Source: Thermoanaerobaculia bacterium (GTDB lineage: Bacteria; Acidobacteriota; Thermoanaerobaculia; UBA5066; Gp7-AA6). From it: a stretch of DNA of 60,438 bases. The position numbers and the translations under genes are program-made. The DNA is taken from NCBI GenBank assembly GCA_046261875.1, contig JBHENW010000200.1, positions 1-60,438 on the forward strand. The letters are read 5' to 3'. The notes beneath the pieces are model-generated. The model did not search any database and was not told the DNA's origin. It saw only the letters and a list, made by a program, of their open reading frames with translations. This document shows, one piece after another, positions 35,746 to 44,792 of this stretch; within the stretch, counting starts at the first letter, position 1, and each line of letters begins with the position of its first letter.

Positions 35746-35863
35746 GCCGGCCGTAGGCATAGCCCTGCGCACCCAACCCGGGAAGAGTAGCCCTGGTCAG
35801 TCAAGACCCAGAACGTATGTGCTGGCGTAGGTGTTCACAGCGACCCAGCGACTACCGGTCTCA

Positions 35864-36040
35864 TCATTCTCGCTTGTACCACACGAAGCGGCCTGCTGTC
35901 GGTGCGGCGGAGAAGCCGTACACCTCCAGAATCCTGTCGATTGATCCGTTTCTTAGCACATTCTCGAGCTCGATGCCGTCTATGGTCACCGCGGACCAGT
36001 GCGGAAACCGTCTAAGCAACGCGTCGACAATCCTCTTCAT
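35864..36040 (-). CDS. Small hypothetical protein (58 aa)
   Basis: ATG at 36040 with a perfect AGGAGG 7 nt upstream. MKRIVDALLRRFPHW...VWYKRE. Confidence 0.45.
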   Translation of the reverse strand: MKRIVDALLRRFPHWSAVTIDGIELENVLRNGSIDRILEVYGFSAAPTAGRFVWYKRE

Positions 36041-36416
36041 ACATCTGCCTCCTCGCCTCGGAGTCAAGCCGAGTCTCTCGCTTCCGGTCTGACGGGGTGA
36101 CGCGTATCGTGACGGCGGTTGCGGTTGATTCGCCGTAGGTGCTGGGGATCGAGAACGTCGCCGTCCGCACCCCCGCCGTCACCGTCACACTCGACGGCAC
36201 GGTCGCAACGGGGGGATTCGAAGACGTCAAAGAGATGACCGCTCCCCCAGCCGGCGCGTTCGCCGACAGCGTCACCGTTCCCGTCGCCGTGGCGCCACCG
36301 ACGAGGCTCGTCGGGCTGACCGCCACTGAGCTGAGCGTCTGGCCTGCGGCCGGGGCGCAGAGAGCGATGAGCAGGAAAAGGCCCGGGGGGATGTTGCGGA
36401 TGGACCATCCCCCCAA
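36012..36416 (-). CDS. Short secreted single Ig-like/beta-sandwich repeat protein, possibly a truncated remnant
   Basis: Signal-like LFLLIALCAPAAG, then TLSSVAVSPTSLVGG..ATGTVTLSANAPAGGAVISLTSSNP.VATVPSSVTV.AG..TATF, a repeat unit typical of secreted proteins. The C-terminus looks non-homologous. Confidence 0.5.
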   Translation of the reverse strand: MGGWSIRNIPPGLFLLIALCAPAAGQTLSSVAVSPTSLVGGATATGTVTLSANAPAGGAVISLTSSNPPVATVPSSVTVTAGVRTATFSIPSTYGESTATAVTIRVTPSDRKRETRLDSEARRQMYEEDCRRVA

Positions 36417-36574
36417 CCCGGGAAGGGTGACTCTCCCAGTCGGTTTGATGTGTTCCTCTGTCTATAGAGTTGTCCCGAAACGCGCAAACTCGGACAACTT
36501 TTTTTAGGCCAGGTTAGAACCTTCCTCCGCTGTCCAGGTTTTGAACAACCTCCGGGGAGGACTGGCCCATTTGG

Positions 36575-37555
36575 CTAGCGATCGGGTCCTGCGACGACCC
36601 CAAGGTGGGAAGCCGTGTGCCTCCTGGCCGCTTCGACGTCTCTGCCAATCTGCTCCGTCAGTTCCTCGAGGGAGTCGAATTTCCGCTCCTCGCGCAGTCG
36701 CTCAACGAAAAACAGACCGACTCGTTCGCCATAGACGTCACCGGAGAAGTCCAGAACGAACGTCTCGATGGTGCGCAAGTAGTCCTCGTAAAGGGTCGGA
36801 CGTGTTCCGACGTTCGTGACGGACCGAAAGATCTGCCGGGAGGACTCGAGAGCCAGGCGGGAGACGTAAACGCCGTTGGCGGGAAAGAGCTCGTTCTCGG
36901 GCGCGAGGTTGACGGTTGGGAAGCCGATCCTTCGGCCGACGCCCGACCCTTTCGACACGATTCCGGCCATCTCGTACTCGCGGCCGAGCATTGCCGCGGC
37001 GCGGGCCACTTCCCCGGCGCGGATCGCCTCGCGGATGCGCGTGGAGGAGATCGGCTCCCCCTCGAAGTCCACTTCCTCGACAGCGGAGGCCTGGAACCGA
37101 AACTCCGGCCCGAGGAGCGCCAGCAGGGAGAGATCTCCCCGTTTTCCCCGCCCAAAAGCGAAGTGGCGCCCGAGGAAGATCTCGGAGGCGCCGAGGCGGG
37201 CTCCCAGGAAGTCGCGGACGAAGTCCTCGGGCTCGGTCAGCGAGAAGTCGCGTGTGAAAGGGATCACGAGCAGGGTATCGATACCGAGCGCCTCGATGGC
37301 CTCCTCTTTCTGCCGTAGCGTCTGCAGGCGCGGCGGGGCCTGGTCGGGGCGCAGCACGGCGAGCGGGTGCGGCTCGAGGGTGATCGCGACGGCCGGTCGG
37401 CCGACTTCCCGCGCCCGGGCGACGACGCGCCGCAGGATCCGCTGGTGACCGCGATGGACGCCGTCGAAGTTGCCGATGGTGGCGATCCCACCGCGCGGAA
37501 GCTCGGCCGCCCCCAGCGGATCGCGGACGACGTGCATCCCCCCGCCGGAGCTCAT
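36575..37555 (-). CDS. ribF: Bifunctional riboflavin kinase/FAD synthetase
   Basis: TIGNFDGVHRGH, FAFGRGKRG, ISSTRIR, GRRIGFPTVN, NVGTRPT, LREERKF. Confidence 0.96.
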   Translation of the reverse strand: MSSGGGMHVVRDPLGAAELPRGGIATIGNFDGVHRGHQRILRRVVARAREVGRPAVAITLEPHPLAVLRPDQAPPRLQTLRQKEEAIEALGIDTLLVIPFTRDFSLTEPEDFVRDFLGARLGASEIFLGRHFAFGRGKRGDLSLLALLGPEFRFQASAVEEVDFEGEPISSTRIREAIRAGEVARAAAMLGREYEMAGIVSKGSGVGRRIGFPTVNLAPENELFPANGVYVSRLALESSRQIFRSVTNVGTRPTLYEDYLRTIETFVLDFSGDVYGERVGLFFVERLREERKFDSLEELTEQIGRDVEAARRHTASHLGVVAGPDR

Positions 37556-37630
37556 GGGAGAGGATCTCGTCGCATCGGAAAGCGTGCCGCGCCGGAGAAG
37601 CCCCGCCGGTCGCTCAACGGCGGGTGAAGG

Positions 37631-38977
37631 TCAAACGACCGCGCCGACGAGGTCGTATTCGTAAGCGCGATCGATCTTCACCCGCACGAGGTCGCCCGGC
37701 CACAGCGCCCGGCCGCCTGTGTCGTTGATCAGCAGCCTCCCGTCGATCTCCGGCGCCTGCGAGGCGATTCGCCCTTCGAGCAGGTGCTCGGTCTCGGGCG
37801 ACGCGCCTTCCACGATCGCTTCGAGGATCTGACCGCGCAGGGCGCGGCTCTTGCGGCGGGCAATCGGCCGCTGGAGGGAGAGGAGGAAGTCCTGCCGCCG
37901 CTCCTTCTCCTCGGGAGAGACGGGATCCCCGAGCGCCTCGGAGCCCGAGCCCGGCTCGGGCGAGTAGGTGAACGCCCCCAGGTTGTCGAACTGCGCCTCG
38001 CGGACGAACTCGCAGAGCTCCCGGAACTCCTTCTCCCCTTCGCCCGGAAAGCCCAGTATGAAGGTCGTGCGGATCGCGATGCCGGGGACGATCTCGCGCA
38101 TGCGGGCGAGCATCCTGCCGTACGTCGCCGGATCTCCGCCGCGCCGCATCGCCGAGAGCACGGGTCGGGAGACGTGCTGCAGCGGCACGTCCACGTAGGG
38201 GAGAAACCGGGGCTCGCGCGTCATGAGGTGGAGTACCGACTCGTCGAGTGTGCGCGGGTAGGCGTACAGGAAGCGGATCCAGGGGAAGCCCGTTTCCGCC
38301 AGGAGGCGTTCGACGAGCGACGTCAGGCCTCGCCGGCCCAGCCCCAGGTCCCAACCGTAGCGCGTCGTGTCCTGGGAGATCAGGACCAGCTCCCGCACGC
38401 TCTCGGCCTCGATGCGTTGGGCCTCCCCCAAGAGAGACTCGATGCTGCGGCTGCGCGCGGATCCGCGCATCTGCGGAATCGTGCAGAACGTGCAAGGGTT
38501 GTCGCAGCCTTCGCCGACCTTCAGGTAGGCGTATCCGCGGCGCGTCGAGAGGACGCGCGGCGCCGCCTCGTCGTAAAGACGCGTCGCCAGCGGCTTCTCG
38601 GTGAACCGGGGGAGCCCGGGCTGACCGGACGCCGCCGCCGGAGCCTTTTCCAGCTCGTCCAGACCGATGAAGACGTCCACTTCCGGGATCTCGTCGGCGA
38701 GCTCCCGCCCGTACTTCTGCACCATGCAGCCGGCGACGATGACGCGGTCGATCTCGCCGCGCCGCTTGCGCTCGACCTGCTCGAGGATCGCCTCGACGGA
38801 CTCCTCTTTGGCCCGGTCGATGAACCCGCAGGTGTTGATCAGGACGACCTGCGCGCGGTCTTCCGGTACGACGGCGTGCCCCGACCGCGCGAGGTGGCCG
38901 AGCATGACCTCCGTGTCGACGAGGTTCTTCGCGCAACCGAGCGAGACGACGCCGACGGCGGGGAGCGGCTGACTCAG
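37631..38977 (-). CDS. rimO: Ribosomal protein S12 methylthiotransferase
   Basis: SLGCAKNLVD, NTCGFI, AGCMVQ, EGCDNPCTFC, SRSIE, QAPEIDG TRAM domain. Probable CTG start at 38977 overlaps the asnS stop. Confidence 0.95.
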   Translation of the reverse strand: MSQPLPAVGVVSLGCAKNLVDTEVMLGHLARSGHAVVPEDRAQVVLINTCGFIDRAKEESVEAILEQVERKRRGEIDRVIVAGCMVQKYGRELADEIPEVDVFIGLDELEKAPAAASGQPGLPRFTEKPLATRLYDEAAPRVLSTRRGYAYLKVGEGCDNPCTFCTIPQMRGSARSRSIESLLGEAQRIEAESVRELVLISQDTTRYGWDLGLGRRGLTSLVERLLAETGFPWIRFLYAYPRTLDESVLHLMTREPRFLPYVDVPLQHVSRPVLSAMRRGGDPATYGRMLARMREIVPGIAIRTTFILGFPGEGEKEFRELCEFVREAQFDNLGAFTYSPEPGSGSEALGDPVSPEEKERRQDFLLSLQRPIARRKSRALRGQILEAIVEGASPETEHLLEGRIASQAPEIDGRLLINDTGGRALWPGDLVRVKIDRAYEYDLVGAVV

Positions 38978-40287
38978 GGGTAGATCCTCTTGAGCGTCCG
39001 CGGATACGGGATGGCCTCGCGCAGGTGGTGGATCCCGCAGATCCACGCCACGAAGCGCTCGAGCCCCATCCCGAAACCGGAGTGCGGGAAGGTCCCGTAG
39101 CGGCGCACGTCGAGGTACCACTCGTAGGCCTCGCGCGGGAGCTTGTGCTCGGCCAGCCGCTTCTCCAACAGCGCGAGGTCGTGGATCCGCTGCGAGCCGC
39201 CGATGATCTCGCCATAGCCTTCGGGAGCGAGCGTGTCGAGCCCCAGCACGACCTCCGGGTCCTCCGGATCGGGCTGCATGTAGAACGACTTGATCGCGGC
39301 CGGGAAGCGGGTGACGATCAAGGGCCGGTCGGTCTCCGAAGCGAGCGCGGTCTCCTCGTCGGCGCCGAGGTCGTCGCCGAACTTCGCTTCGAATCCCTTC
39401 GCTTGCAGGCGGGCAATCGCCTCGCGGTAGGTCATTCGCGGAAACGGTGACTTGATCCCCTCGAGCCTCGAGGTGTCGCGCTCCAGCCGCTTCAGGTCTT
39501 CGGCGCTACGGTTGAGCGCCCGCTCCACGAGATGGACGACGAACTCCTCCGCGAGCGCGCAGAGACCCTCGAACTCGAGGAACGCGACTTCGGGCTCGAC
39601 CATCCAGAACTCGGTCAGGTGCCGGCGGGTCTTCGACTTCTCGGCGCGGAAGGTCGGGCCGAAGCAGTAGACCTTTCCGAACGCCGCCGCCGCCGGCTCC
39701 AGGTGGAGCTGTCCCGACTGCGAAAGGTACGCCTTGTCGCCGAAGTAGTCGGTCTCGAAGAGCGTCGAGGTTCCCTCGACCGCCGCTCCCGTGAGGATCG
39801 GCGAGTCGATCAAGACGAAGTCCCGTTCGTAGAAGAAGTCGCGGATTCCCTGCGCGATCTCGGAGCGCACCCGGAGAACGGCATGCTGCTGGGAAGAGCG
39901 CATCCAGAGGTGGCGCTGCGACATGAGGAAGTCGACCCCGTGCTCCTTCGGACTGATCGGGTAGTTCTCCGAAGGGCCGAGGACCTTCAGCTCGCGGACG
40001 GTCATCTCGTAGCCACCCGGAGCCCGCGCGTCCTCCCGGACCGCTCCCGACACTTCGAGCGAGGACTCCTGCGAGGCTTTTTCCGCTGCCTCCCAGACCT
40101 CGGGCGGCACCTCCGCGCGCGGCACGACGGCCTGCAGATACCCGGTCCCGTCGCGGACGATCAGGAACTGGATCTTCCCGGACGAGCGCCGGTTGTAGAG
40201 CCATCCCCGGACGGTCGCCGTGACCCCCGCGAGGCGTCCCAGGCGGGAGATCGGTGTCGCTGGCATGGGGGTCGCGCTGACGGCCAT
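38974..40287 (-). CDS. asnS: Asparagine--tRNA ligase
   Basis: RDGTGYLQ, AYLSQSGQL, FRAEKSKTRRHLTEFWM, EIIGGSQR, PHSGFGMGLER. Confidence 0.93.
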   Translation of the reverse strand: MAVSATPMPATPISRLGRLAGVTATVRGWLYNRRSSGKIQFLIVRDGTGYLQAVVPRAEVPPEVWEAAEKASQESSLEVSGAVREDARAPGGYEMTVRELKVLGPSENYPISPKEHGVDFLMSQRHLWMRSSQQHAVLRVRSEIAQGIRDFFYERDFVLIDSPILTGAAVEGTSTLFETDYFGDKAYLSQSGQLHLEPAAAAFGKVYCFGPTFRAEKSKTRRHLTEFWMVEPEVAFLEFEGLCALAEEFVVHLVERALNRSAEDLKRLERDTSRLEGIKSPFPRMTYREAIARLQAKGFEAKFGDDLGADEETALASETDRPLIVTRFPAAIKSFYMQPDPEDPEVVLGLDTLAPEGYGEIIGGSQRIHDLALLEKRLAEHKLPREAYEWYLDVRRYGTFPHSGFGMGLERFVAWICGIHHLREAIPYPRTLKRIYP

Positions 40288-40401
40288 CGTCGGGTCCTCG
40301 AGGGAAACGCGGGATTATACGGGCAGGCCGGCAGACTGCGTGGCCGCGCTTCCATGCCGCGAATCGCGGGACGCCTCGGGATGACAACGAAAAAGAACCG
40401 G

Positions 40402-42726
40402 TCAGCGGATGCGGACGCGGCGCTGCAGCCTGATCTCTCCCCCGTCGTGCGCCACGATCGTCGCCGTCAGGGTGTGCGCTCCCGGCGGGAGGGCCGGGAT
40501 GCGGAAGCCGTAGCCGGGCTTGGCGGAACCGGGATAGCCCGGGAAGATCTGCGAAACGCCCGGGAAGTCGCCGCCGAGGACACCAGCCGCGGCGGGCGCT
40601 CCGGGCGCCGAGACGCGCACCTCGGCGATCCCCGATTCGTCGAGGGCCCATCCGAAACCCCAGCTCCCGACGTCTACCGTGGCGCCTTCGCGCGGGAACT
40701 CGATGACGCCGAAGGGGGGCGAGAGCCTTCCGTGGGTCTCGCGCAAAGACTCGACTTCTGCGGCCGCTTTGTGACGCATTTCCACCGGCACGTGGGCGTC
40801 GAAGCGCTTGCCACCGGCGAAGCGGAAGACGTAGTCCGTGGCATCGCCATGGGGAAATGCTGCCAGCGCCTCGAGCCGGCCGGCCGCCGTCCAGCGGAAA
40901 ACGGCTTTGACGGCCTCGGGGCGGGCTTGCGCCGCCGCCCCCGGGTGCGGGTGAAGCACGAGGATCTCCGCGCCGAGCTCGCGTGCCTTCTCCAGTGCCC
41001 GGTCCGGAATGGGGATCTCGTTCATCAGCCCGAAGAGCTCGTGATAGTGCGCCGGGCCCGCCCCGGAGTAGCCGTTGAGCAGCGGCTGCCAGTGCGCCGT
41101 GGAGCGGAACTCGTACTCCACGTCGTAGTCGGTCCCGAAGGGCATCTCGACGATCGGCGTTCCCGCCGGCAGAGTCGCCATCCAGCCGTAGACGGGCGCG
41201 GCGCGCTCCTCGACCGGATGGACCGGAACGGGGAACGCGCGGTACTCGAATCCGGTCAGCAGCAGGCCCCCGGCGATCCAGGCGGCCGACCGGAGGCGGC
41301 CCGGCCGGCGGCGCGCGAGCAGAGAGAGGCCCCATGCGGCCAGGAGCGCGACGGCCAGGTGCACGAGCACGATGCCGCGCGCGGGCACGCGGATGCCACG
41401 CATCACCGGCCCGAGGGACTGGAAGAGGAACCGGTAGAAAGGGGTGTTTGCGCCCAGCGTGATCAGCAGGCCCAGAACGAAAACGAGAACGAAGAGAAAC
41501 GGGTAGGTCCCCAGCCGCTGCCTGCTCATGAAATCCGAAAGGTCGCGGAAACGGGAACGGCCCGGGAAGGCGACGAGCAGCCGCACGACGAGCGCGACGC
41601 TCGCGAACACCAGGATGCGTCCCGGGTCGCCGAGCTTGAGCGGACCCAGGCGCAGCCCGGGAACCGCGGTGGCGGCGATCCAGAGGCCGACGAGCAGGAC
41701 CGTGACGGCGTCGAAGAGGCGGACGAGCCGGAGCCGGCCGGGGGAGAGCGCCGGGCGCTCCGCCCGTTGCGGCTTCCGCGCGCGCGCGAACGCGACGATC
41801 GCGTAGACGGCCAAAGCCAGGGGAACCAGCCCGAAAAAGAAGTCCCCTTCCGGCTTTCCCCACTTCTGCGTCAGGGGCGCGTAGAGCTTGTTTTCGGCCC
41901 CGGCCGTCAGGAAGTCGAGCAGCCGGCCGGAGAAGAACTTCATCTCCCCCGCGCTGCGCCGCGTCCCGTAGAGCTGGGCGACGCGGAAGTACGGCCAGAG
42001 AAAGGGGGAGACCGCCACGCACGCCGCGCCAAGCCAGAGCAGGCCCGCGCGCACGCGTCGGCTCTCTCCGGGCCGCGCGAGCCGCCAGTAGGCGAGTACG
42101 AGCAGCGCGAGCATGCCGCCGAAGAGCGCGTAGTGGAGGTTGGCCAGCGCGTTCCACGCGAAGAAGAGCGCGAAGAATAGGGCGTCCCTTCGCCGGCCGT
42201 CCTCGAGGTAGCGCAGGAGGAAGAGCAGGAAGAGCGGGAGGAAGACCGCCCACTGGAACTGAATGTGGGGGATCTGCGCGAGCCGCCAGGGGTTGAACGC
42301 GAATATGAGGCCGGCGAGGAGGGCGGCGGGACCGTCGCCGGTCACGGCGCGCGCGAGGGCCCAGGCGCCCATCCCGGAAAGCGCCATTCCGAGGAGGAAC
42401 GACACGTTGTAGGCGGCGAGCGTGGAAACTCCGGCGGCGTACAACGGAAAGCCGAACACCGCAGCGCCGTAGAGGTTCTCCGAGAACGCGAGCGCGTAGC
42501 GCGCGGGATGAAAGATGTTCGCGTGGAAGAGCCGCAGGGGGTCGCGGAAGGTCTGGGCGTAGTCCCAGTGCATCACCCAGGCCGTGAACTTCGCGTCCCA
42601 GATGTCCGTCAGCCCGTCCCTCACGTGCCGGACCTGGGGCCATGTCGAGACGACGGCGGCGAGGAGAAAGACGCCGGCCGCGAGGGACGCAGCGCGCGGC
42701 CAGCCGGGCCGCGCCGGGAAGCTCAA
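40402..42726 (-). CDS. Polytopic GT-C/YfhO-like membrane glycosyltransferase with C-terminal Ig-like domain
   Basis: FHANIFHPARYALAFSENL, many TM helices, LLNGYSG, terminal PPFGVIEFP...GWALDESGI. TTG start at 42726 (TTGA overlap). Confidence 0.72.
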   Translation of the reverse strand: MSFPARPGWPRAASLAAGVFLLAAVVSTWPQVRHVRDGLTDIWDAKFTAWVMHWDYAQTFRDPLRLFHANIFHPARYALAFSENLYGAAVFGFPLYAAGVSTLAAYNVSFLLGMALSGMGAWALARAVTGDGPAALLAGLIFAFNPWRLAQIPHIQFQWAVFLPLFLLFLLRYLEDGRRRDALFFALFFAWNALANLHYALFGGMLALLVLAYWRLARPGESRRVRAGLLWLGAACVAVSPFLWPYFRVAQLYGTRRSAGEMKFFSGRLLDFLTAGAENKLYAPLTQKWGKPEGDFFFGLVPLALAVYAIVAFARARKPQRAERPALSPGRLRLVRLFDAVTVLLVGLWIAATAVPGLRLGPLKLGDPGRILVFASVALVVRLLVAFPGRSRFRDLSDFMSRQRLGTYPFLFVLVFVLGLLITLGANTPFYRFLFQSLGPVMRGIRVPARGIVLVHLAVALLAAWGLSLLARRRPGRLRSAAWIAGGLLLTGFEYRAFPVPVHPVEERAAPVYGWMATLPAGTPIVEMPFGTDYDVEYEFRSTAHWQPLLNGYSGAGPAHYHELFGLMNEIPIPDRALEKARELGAEILVLHPHPGAAAQARPEAVKAVFRWTAAGRLEALAAFPHGDATDYVFRFAGGKRFDAHVPVEMRHKAAAEVESLRETHGRLSPPFGVIEFPREGATVDVGSWGFGWALDESGIAEVRVSAPGAPAAAGVLGGDFPGVSQIFPGYPGSAKPGYGFRIPALPPGAHTLTATIVAHDGGEIRLQRRVRIR

Positions 42727-42989
42727 GATCGGCGCAAACGAACGCTGTTGGCGATCGTCAAGGCCTGCTGGAGCCTCTGCATGCGGCGCTGCCGTTTCTG
42801 CAGGGCCTCCGTGTCGTTCGTCGCGGGTTGCGTGCCGCGGACTTCGCGAAGGAGTTTTTCCGTCTCGAGGAGGAAGGTCTGGAAATCGGGCGGCTTGTAC
42901 TGCCGGAAGGTCAGCTCCGTCGCGATGATGTAGCCATCCGCGATGTCGCGCGCCATGTTGTAAGCAGATCCCCCGACGAACACGCTCAT
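42723..42989 (-). CDS. Small helical hypothetical protein (88 aa)
   Basis: MSVFVGGSAYNMARDIADGY..., coupled to the downstream membrane protein. Confidence 0.65.
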   Translation of the reverse strand: MSVFVGGSAYNMARDIADGYIIATELTFRQYKPPDFQTFLLETEKLLREVRGTQPATNDTEALQKRQRRMQRLQQALTIANSVRLRRS

Positions 42990-43071
42990 GACCGTCTCCG
43001 GGCCCCAATTCTGGCGCAAGGCGGGTGCGGACTCCAGCGTCGGAATGGCGAGTGCGCTAGCATCCCGCGGA

Positions 43072-44250
43072 ATGGCATTCCCCGGCGTGGACTATCTCGA
43101 CTGCGACTCGCTCCTTACGGAGGAGCAGCGGCTCGTCCGTGACACGGTCAGGGGCTGGGTCGAGGACCGCGTCCTTCCGATCATCGAGGAAGCGGCTTAC
43201 GAGGGGCGGTTCCCCCGGGAGCTCGTGCCCGACATGGCGGAGATGCACCTCTTCGGCTCGACGATCTCCGATTACGGCCTTCCGGGTCTCGACAACGTGG
43301 CTTACGGCCTCATCATGCAGGAGCTCGAGCGGGGCGACTCCGGTCTGCGCTCCTTCGTCTCCGTGCAGTCGGCGCTCGTGATGTACCCGATCTACGCCTT
43401 CGGCTCTTCGGAACAGAAAGACCGGTGGATCCCGGAGCTCGGGAGCGCCCGCGCCATCGGGTGCTTCGGGCTGACCGAGCCGGACTTCGGGTCGAACCCG
43501 GGGGGGATGCGCACGACGGCCCGCTGCGACGGCGACGGCTTCGTCCTCAACGGCGCGAAAGCCTGGATCACCAACGGGTCGATCGCCGACGTCGCGGTGG
43601 TCTGGGCGAAGCTCGACGGGGTGATCCGCGGCTTCCTCGTCGAGAAGGGCACGCCCGGCTACTCGACGTTCGAGCACCGCGGCAAGATGTCGCTGCGCGC
43701 GTCGGTCACTTCGCAGCTCGTCTTCGAGGATTGCCGCGTGCCCGGGTCGAGCCTGCTGCCGGGGGTCGAAGGGCTCAAGGGTCCCCTCTCCTGCCTGACA
43801 CAGGCCCGGTACGGGATCGCCTGGGGGGCGCTCGGGAGCGCCATGGCGACCTACCACGCCGCGCTGGAGTACGCGAAGTCACGCAAGCAGTGGAAAGAGC
43901 GCCCGATCGCGTCCCACCAGCTCGTACAGGAGCGGCTCGCGTGGATGGTGACGGAAATCACGAAGGGACAGCTCATGGCGTGGCGGCTCGGACGGATGAA
44001 GGACGACAAGACGATGCGGCCACATCACGTCTCGATGGCCAAGCGGAACAACGTCTGGGTCGCGCGTGAGTGCGCCAAGCTCGCCCGCGAGACGCTCGGA
44101 GCCAACGGGGTCGTGAACGAGTACCCGGTCTTCCGCCATCTCGCCAACATCGAGAGCGTGTATACCTACGAGGGAACCCACGACATCCACACGCTGGTGA
44201 TCGGGGAGGCCGTCACCGGCATTCCCTCCTACAACCCGCCGTCGGACTGA
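43072..44250 (+). CDS. Acyl-CoA dehydrogenase (glutaryl-CoA dehydrogenase-like)
   Basis: QELERGDSGLRS, FGLTEPDFGSNP, LNGAKAWITNG, YTYEGTHDIH. ATG at 43072. Confidence 0.92.
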   Translation: MAFPGVDYLDCDSLLTEEQRLVRDTVRGWVEDRVLPIIEEAAYEGRFPRELVPDMAEMHLFGSTISDYGLPGLDNVAYGLIMQELERGDSGLRSFVSVQSALVMYPIYAFGSSEQKDRWIPELGSARAIGCFGLTEPDFGSNPGGMRTTARCDGDGFVLNGAKAWITNGSIADVAVVWAKLDGVIRGFLVEKGTPGYSTFEHRGKMSLRASVTSQLVFEDCRVPGSSLLPGVEGLKGPLSCLTQARYGIAWGALGSAMATYHAALEYAKSRKQWKERPIASHQLVQERLAWMVTEITKGQLMAWRLGRMKDDKTMRPHHVSMAKRNNVWVARECAKLARETLGANGVVNEYPVFRHLANIESVYTYEGTHDIHTLVIGEAVTGIPSYNPPSD

Positions 44251-44253
44251 CTC

Positions 44254-44673
44254 TCAGACCCTCCAGAGGCTCAGCCCGGTCGCTTCGTCCGGCGTCCGCT
44301 CGATCGGAGCGTCGGCGACGCGCACGAAGAGCTCGACGGTCGCCGTCGCCTTCGCCGAGAAGAGGTGGCCGCCGTACGTACGGCACTCGCGATCCGACAG
44401 GACGGCGTGAAGGTGGAGGTGCGGCTTGCCGTCCAGTCGCGAAAGCGTCCCGACGGCCGACGCCAGCTCCACCTCGCCGGGAACGGACGTCCGGGCGTAG
44501 TCCCGCCGCTCCAGATCGTAGTAGCCGAGGACGACGTCTCGAACCGCCCCGAGCGCCGTGACGGCGCCTCCGGTAATTCCCTCCCGCTCCGCGAGCTCCA
44601 GCACCGAAGCATGCAGGTCTTCCCCGGTCTCCAGCCGGACGAAAACGCGCTGCGATTCCCTGCGGTACTTCAT
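44254..44673 (-). CDS. PPC-domain (DUF296) protein
   Basis: VRLETGEDL, ALGAV, GKPHLHLHAVL, GGHL, TVELF. Confidence 0.85.
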   Translation of the reverse strand: MKYRRESQRVFVRLETGEDLHASVLELAEREGITGGAVTALGAVRDVVLGYYDLERRDYARTSVPGEVELASAVGTLSRLDGKPHLHLHAVLSDRECRTYGGHLFSAKATATVELFVRVADAPIERTPDEATGLSLWRV

Positions 44674-44792
44674 GAAACTCCTTCCTTCGGAAGTGCGCGC
44701 CTCCGGCTGCCGCGAGGCGGCCTGAGCGCGCGGAAACTGCTGAAACACAAGCGATTCGGCTACAATATCGTCTCTCGATCGAGCAAAAAAAG

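Noticed and set aside
39506-42643. 1045-aa minus-strand and 882-aa plus-strand ORFs over asnS and the GT-C gene
   Set aside because: Arg/Pro/Ala/Gly-rich off-frame or antisense translations overlapping well-supported genes.
40402-43008. Apparent 868-aa fusion, and similar over-long calls (52386-53405, 22967-24427, 32463-33989, 34333-35745, 37631-39121, 45892-48258)
   Set aside because: The N-terminal extensions overlap other real genes and are low-complexity. Shorter starts with overlap or SD support explain them, so they are not true fusions.
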